A DNA stretch of 41,351 nt from a virus (lineage: Duplodnaviria; Heunggongvirae; Uroviricota; Caudoviricetes): IMG/VR virus record IMGVR_UViG_2711768015_000005; one strand, given 5' to 3'. Positions 38,281-41,351 of the stretch are shown here, one piece after another (the first letter of the stretch is position 1; the number at the start of each line of letters is the position of its first letter). Position numbers and translations under genes: made by a program. The notes beneath the pieces were generated by a model that worked only from the letters and a program-made list of their open reading frames with translations, was not told where the DNA came from and searched no databases.

Positions 38281-38321
38281 GTGATAAAGATATCAACAAC
38301 AAAGCAGGAGGTTATGCGGCC

Positions 38322-38522
38322 ATGTATCGAAACATACGGTGCCGACATTGTAACAAGCTACTGGCACGAGCCAGCTTCAGTTATCTGGAAGTTAAATGTC
38401 CGCGCTGTAAAACCCTCAATCAAATCACATCTCAGAGCGCCACAGAGCACCCCACATACACAAGGAAATCCTGTCGTGGGGAACAGAAAGCAAGTTACAT
38501 CCCGTATCATCAGCACGCCTGA
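38322..38522 (+). CDS. com: Com-like zinc-finger translational activator of mom
   Basis: 66 aa [35 protein letters not shown]... parallels Mu Com (IRCKNCNKLL...IEIRCPRCK); AGGAGG SD upstream. Confidence 0.8.
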   Translation: MYRNIRCRHCNKLLARASFSYLEVKCPRCKTLNQITSQSATEHPTYTRKSCRGEQKASYIPYHQHA

Positions 38523-39213
38523 ACTTATTCACTATAACGACAATATCGTCGGTTATGGCTCCCGTGAGTTACGGGTTGAGACAATAAGTTGCTGGCTGGC
38601 CCGGCTGGTCGTCGTCAATAAACATTACAGCCATCGTTTCGTAAATAATTCCTACCTTCATCTGGGCATATTTTCAGAACGGGAGCTGGTTGGCGTAATG
38701 CAATGGGGTTATGCCCTTAATCCAAACAATGGTGCACGCGTCGTAACTGGCACGCAGAACCGCGAATATATGGAGCTTAACCGGTTATGGCTGCATGACT
38801 GTATGCCGAGAAACTCCGAATCAAGGGCAATCAGTTACGCGCTCAAACTAATCAGACAACTTTATCCGCAGGTGCAGTGGGTTCAGTCGTTTGCAGATGA
38901 GCGTTGTGGCTGTCTTGGTGTCGTGTACCAGGCAAGCAATTTTGATTATGTAGGCAGTCATGAAACAACATTCTATGAACTTGATGGCGAGTGGTATCAC
39001 GAGATTTGCAAGAATGCAATCAAACGAGGAGGACAGCGAGGTGAACATCTGCGGGCTAATATCGACAGAGCCAGTGTTCATAAATTCCGTCAGTTTCGTT
39101 ACATCCGGTTTCTGGACAAGAGAGCCAGAAAACGCCTTAACACAAAGCTATTCAAAGTCCAGCCTTACCCAAAACCACAAACAGTTAAAACTGGTTTGAA
39201 AGAGAGTGAATGA
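38476..39213 (+). CDS. mom: Mom-like DNA modification enzyme; start uncertain
   Basis: Overlaps the 3' end of com in another frame as in Mu; the frame is open from 38281 and GTG 38476 is a plausible start giving ~245 aa; last gene before the right prophage end. Confidence 0.65.
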   Translation: MGNRKQVTSRIISTPELIHYNDNIVGYGSRELRVETISCWLARLVVVNKHYSHRFVNNSYLHLGIFSERELVGVMQWGYALNPNNGARVVTGTQNREYMELNRLWLHDCMPRNSESRAISYALKLIRQLYPQVQWVQSFADERCGCLGVVYQASNFDYVGSHETTFYELDGEWYHEICKNAIKRGGQRGEHLRANIDRASVHKFRQFRYIRFLDKRARKRLNTKLFKVQPYPKPQTVKTGLKESE

Positions 39214-39249
39214 ACGCTTAAAAACTCATTCTAAAACTCAAAAGAAAAG

Positions 39250-39345
39250 CGCCGATTTAGTATCAAATAAGTTGCGTATCGGCGTTTTTCAGCGGTATCA
39301 AATGAAATGCAAATCGGTATCAAAAAAATCGCCGCGCTATAGACA
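39250..39345. promoter_or_regulatory. Right prophage end (attR-like) with three inverted copies of the end repeat
   Basis: TAGTATCAAAT (39259-39269), CGGTATCAAAT (39293-39303), TCGGTATCAAA (39323-39333), inverse of the left-end sites. Confidence 0.6.
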
Positions 39346-39371
39346 GCCTAAGCGGCTGCTGACCTCCCTGA

Positions 39372-39890
39372 CCATGCTGTAAATCTCTTTATCCTGGTTG
39401 TCACAGAATAAGCCCGGTAAAATACGGGCTTATGAACGACATCTCTTCTGACGACATCTTCCTGCTGAAACAGCGCCTTGCCGAACGTCAGTTGAAAACG
39501 AAACCGCTGCTGAAATCCCTGGAAAGCTGGCTGCGTGAAAAGATGAAAACCCTGTCGCGACACTCAGAACTGGCGAAAGCGTTCGCATACGCCCTGAACC
39601 AGTGGCCGGCGCTGACGTACTATGCAGATGATGGCTGGGCTGAGGCGGACAATAACATCGCTGAAAATGCGTTGCGGATGGTCAGTCTGGGCCGCAAAAA
39701 CTACCTGTTCTTCGGTTCGGATCATGGAGGAGAGCGGGGAGCGCTGCTGTACAGCCTGATCGGGACGTGCAAACTGAACGGAGTGGAGCCAGAAAGCTAC
39801 CTCCGCTATGTCCTTGACGTCATAGCCGACTGGCCGATAAACCGGGTCGGCGAACTGCTCCCCTGGCGCGTAGCACTGCCGACTGAATAA
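39372..39890 (+). pseudogene. tnpC: 3' fragment of IS66-family transposase tnpC (C-terminal ~150-170 aa only)
   Basis: ...WPALTYYADDGWAEADNNIAENALRMVSLGRKNYLFFGSDHGGERGALLYSLIGTCKLNGVEPESYLRYVLDVIADWPINRVGELLPWR matches the conserved IS66 TnpC C-terminus; in-frame stop at 39369-39371 and no N-terminal region. Confidence 0.85.
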
Positions 39891-39930
39891 CACATTCCCG
39901 TCAATACGGTTCTTGCTGCACGCTTACGGT
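39891..39930. mobile_element. Right terminal region of the IS66-family element
   Basis: ACGGTTCTTGCTGCACGCTTAC, the reverse complement of a GTAAGCG-type IS66 terminus, directly after the tnpC stop. Confidence 0.55.
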
Positions 39931-39943
39931 AAACACCCCGGAA

Positions 39944-41116
39944 GTGGTGATGCACACTGTTGCTGATGTGATGACAGGAAACGATGGTGAATACTGTTTC
40001 CATGCGCGGACTGGAAAATATGGTGTGTATCTGAAACCGGGCTGGCACAACGAGTACAACGTTGGCGACATTGCTGTATACGACGACTCAAAGCCCGGCA
40101 CGCTGAATGACTTTCTGATTGCTCCTGATGAGGGCGACCTGAAACCGGATGTCGTCAAACGCTTTGAGGAAATGGTGGCGCAGGCGCAGCAGAGCGCCGG
40201 GGCCGCAGCCGGAAACGCACAGCAGACGGCGCAGGATGTGGCGGCAGCCGCAGGTTATGCCCGCGCAGCAGAGCAGGCCAAAAATGACATTGATGCTGCG
40301 CTGACCGGCACTCTGAAAACGGCTAACCATCTGTCTGAAATCGCAGCAGCAGGCGAAAAGGCACAACAGAAGTCCCGGGATAATCTGGGGCTGAAAAGTG
40401 CGGCCACGATGGAAGCACAGAGCGACATTTACGACCGGACAAAAGGCCGTCTGGCGATACCCGGCGCATTCGGCTTTGGGTGTGCTTTTCTGCCTGAAGA
40501 TGTTATCCGTTTTGACACTAAGAGTGATTTCCTGGCCTGGGTAAGGAATGCGCTGCCAGGTGAATATTCCGTTGCTGGCCCCTACGACATCATCATACCC
40601 GACACACGGTTTGAAGGGGTGCTCAGCATCCGGTGGACTGATGCACGCCCTGAGACAACAGAACCGAGGTACAGAGCCAAATCCCTTACTTTTTACGGCA
40701 TTAACGGCCCCATTTATCACACCCGCTACTGCTACTGGCCCATATCCAGACTGACTGGCTGGGTGAAAATAAATATAACCACAGAAGATATTATTTACAG
40801 AATCGTGGCGAGCTCTGTCTGCAACAGATGGGGAGACCCTGACATTGGCGGGCTGATTATTGCTGCGTACCAGGGAGAAGCTGACGGTGATAAAGTCATC
40901 AGACTTGTCAGGGGGCAGTCATACAGAGGCTCACGACTGGGACCGGTGGGGATTTCAGTGCCCAGTACTCCCACCGGAACGTATATAGCATCCCCACAAT
41001 TTTTCATTACGGGATGTTCAGAGCATTCATTACCGGGGTCATATAGCGCCCTGTCCGGGGTGCCGGATGCTCATGTCTCTGGCGCAATGCCCGGGCTTTT
41101 TATTCGCACATCGTGA
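39944..41116 (+). CDS. Tail-fibre protein C-terminal region from a different prophage, 5' part cut off by the IS66 end
   Basis: 390-aa ORF with Ala/Gln-rich coiled segment then Gly-rich C-terminal domain, followed by a tail-fibre-assembly-like gene; the frame is open back to the IS66 boundary with no credible start. Confidence 0.5.
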   Translation: MVMHTVADVMTGNDGEYCFHARTGKYGVYLKPGWHNEYNVGDIAVYDDSKPGTLNDFLIAPDEGDLKPDVVKRFEEMVAQAQQSAGAAAGNAQQTAQDVAAAAGYARAAEQAKNDIDAALTGTLKTANHLSEIAAAGEKAQQKSRDNLGLKSAATMEAQSDIYDRTKGRLAIPGAFGFGCAFLPEDVIRFDTKSDFLAWVRNALPGEYSVAGPYDIIIPDTRFEGVLSIRWTDARPETTEPRYRAKSLTFYGINGPIYHTRYCYWPISRLTGWVKINITTEDIIYRIVASSVCNRWGDPDIGGLIIAAYQGEADGDKVIRLVRGQSYRGSRLGPVGISVPSTPTGTYIASPQFFITGCSEHSLPGSYSALSGVPDAHVSGAMPGLFIRTS

Positions 41117-41126
41117 GGAATGCACC

Positions 41127-41351
41127 GTGGAAATTAAAAAAATCATTAATCCCCGTTATACCGAAAGTGGCGCAGTAGACTGTGACGTTTTTTTTGACGA
41201 CAGGGACCAGGCAGTCCCCTACACAGCCACCGCTGATGATGTCGCACCGACGGGTCAGCGAATCTGGCAGGAACTGCAAAGTGGCAAATGGGGTGAGATA
41301 GCCCCATTCACTGTGACACCAGAAATGCTGGAAGCGGCCAGAGAGGCCAGA
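41127..41351 (+). CDS. Putative tail fibre assembly protein, 5' part, running off the window end
   Basis: GTG 41127: VEIKKIINPRYTESGAVDCDVFFDDRDQAVPYTATADDVAPTGQRIWQELQSGKWGEIAPFTVTPEMLEAAR; no stop before window end. Confidence 0.45.
   Translation, partial: MEIKKIINPRYTESGAVDCDVFFDDRDQAVPYTATADDVAPTGQRIWQELQSGKWGEIAPFTVTPEMLEAAREAR

Larger units (their letters stand above)
666..39370 (+). mobile_element. Mu-like transposable prophage, apparently complete; ends approximate
   Basis: Colinear with phage Mu: minus-strand repressor, ner, A, B, gam, gemA, mor-like, lys, terminase, portal, F, G, I, T, L, M, tape measure, N, P, baseplate, S, invertible segment, gin, com-mom; terminal TTTGATACCG / CGGTATCAAA repeat arrays at both ends. 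Confidence 0.85.

Noticed and set aside
1-41351. CRISPR arrays or other short direct-repeat arrays
   Set aside because: No regularly spaced direct repeats were seen; the only repeat families are the prophage end repeats and the tail-fibre inverted repeats.

Overview
The window is dominated by a complete Mu-like transposable prophage (~666-39370, about 38.7 kb), read left to right on the + strand in canonical Mu order: repressor (minus strand), ner, transposase A, ATPase B, a block of small early accessory genes including gam and gemA, a Mor/C-family activator, SAR endolysin and spanins, terminase, portal, head genes, sheath, tube, tape measure, baseplate, tail fibre, a Gin-type invertible tail-fibre segment, then cargo and com-mom at the right end. 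The prophage sits inside an IS66-family element: orf1 and orf2 lie to its left (115-665) and only the 3' third of tnpC plus the right IS66 end lie to its right (39372-39930). No target-site duplication is visible. An IS3-family transposase fragment is at the extreme left (2-103), and a tail-fibre C-terminal fragment with the start of a tail-fibre assembly gene, from a different prophage, is at the extreme right (39944-41351). The most interesting content is a ~3.4 kb AT-rich cargo block between gin and com-mom (34850-38320) encoding a 684-aa SGNH/sialate-O-acetylesterase-like protein with a lectin-like C-terminal domain, two small proteins and a divergent ORF. Three of these starts, like the endolysin start, have a CCGCAAA motif 61-64 bp upstream. 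All family assignments are from reading the translated ORFs and recalling conserved motifs; no database search was run.
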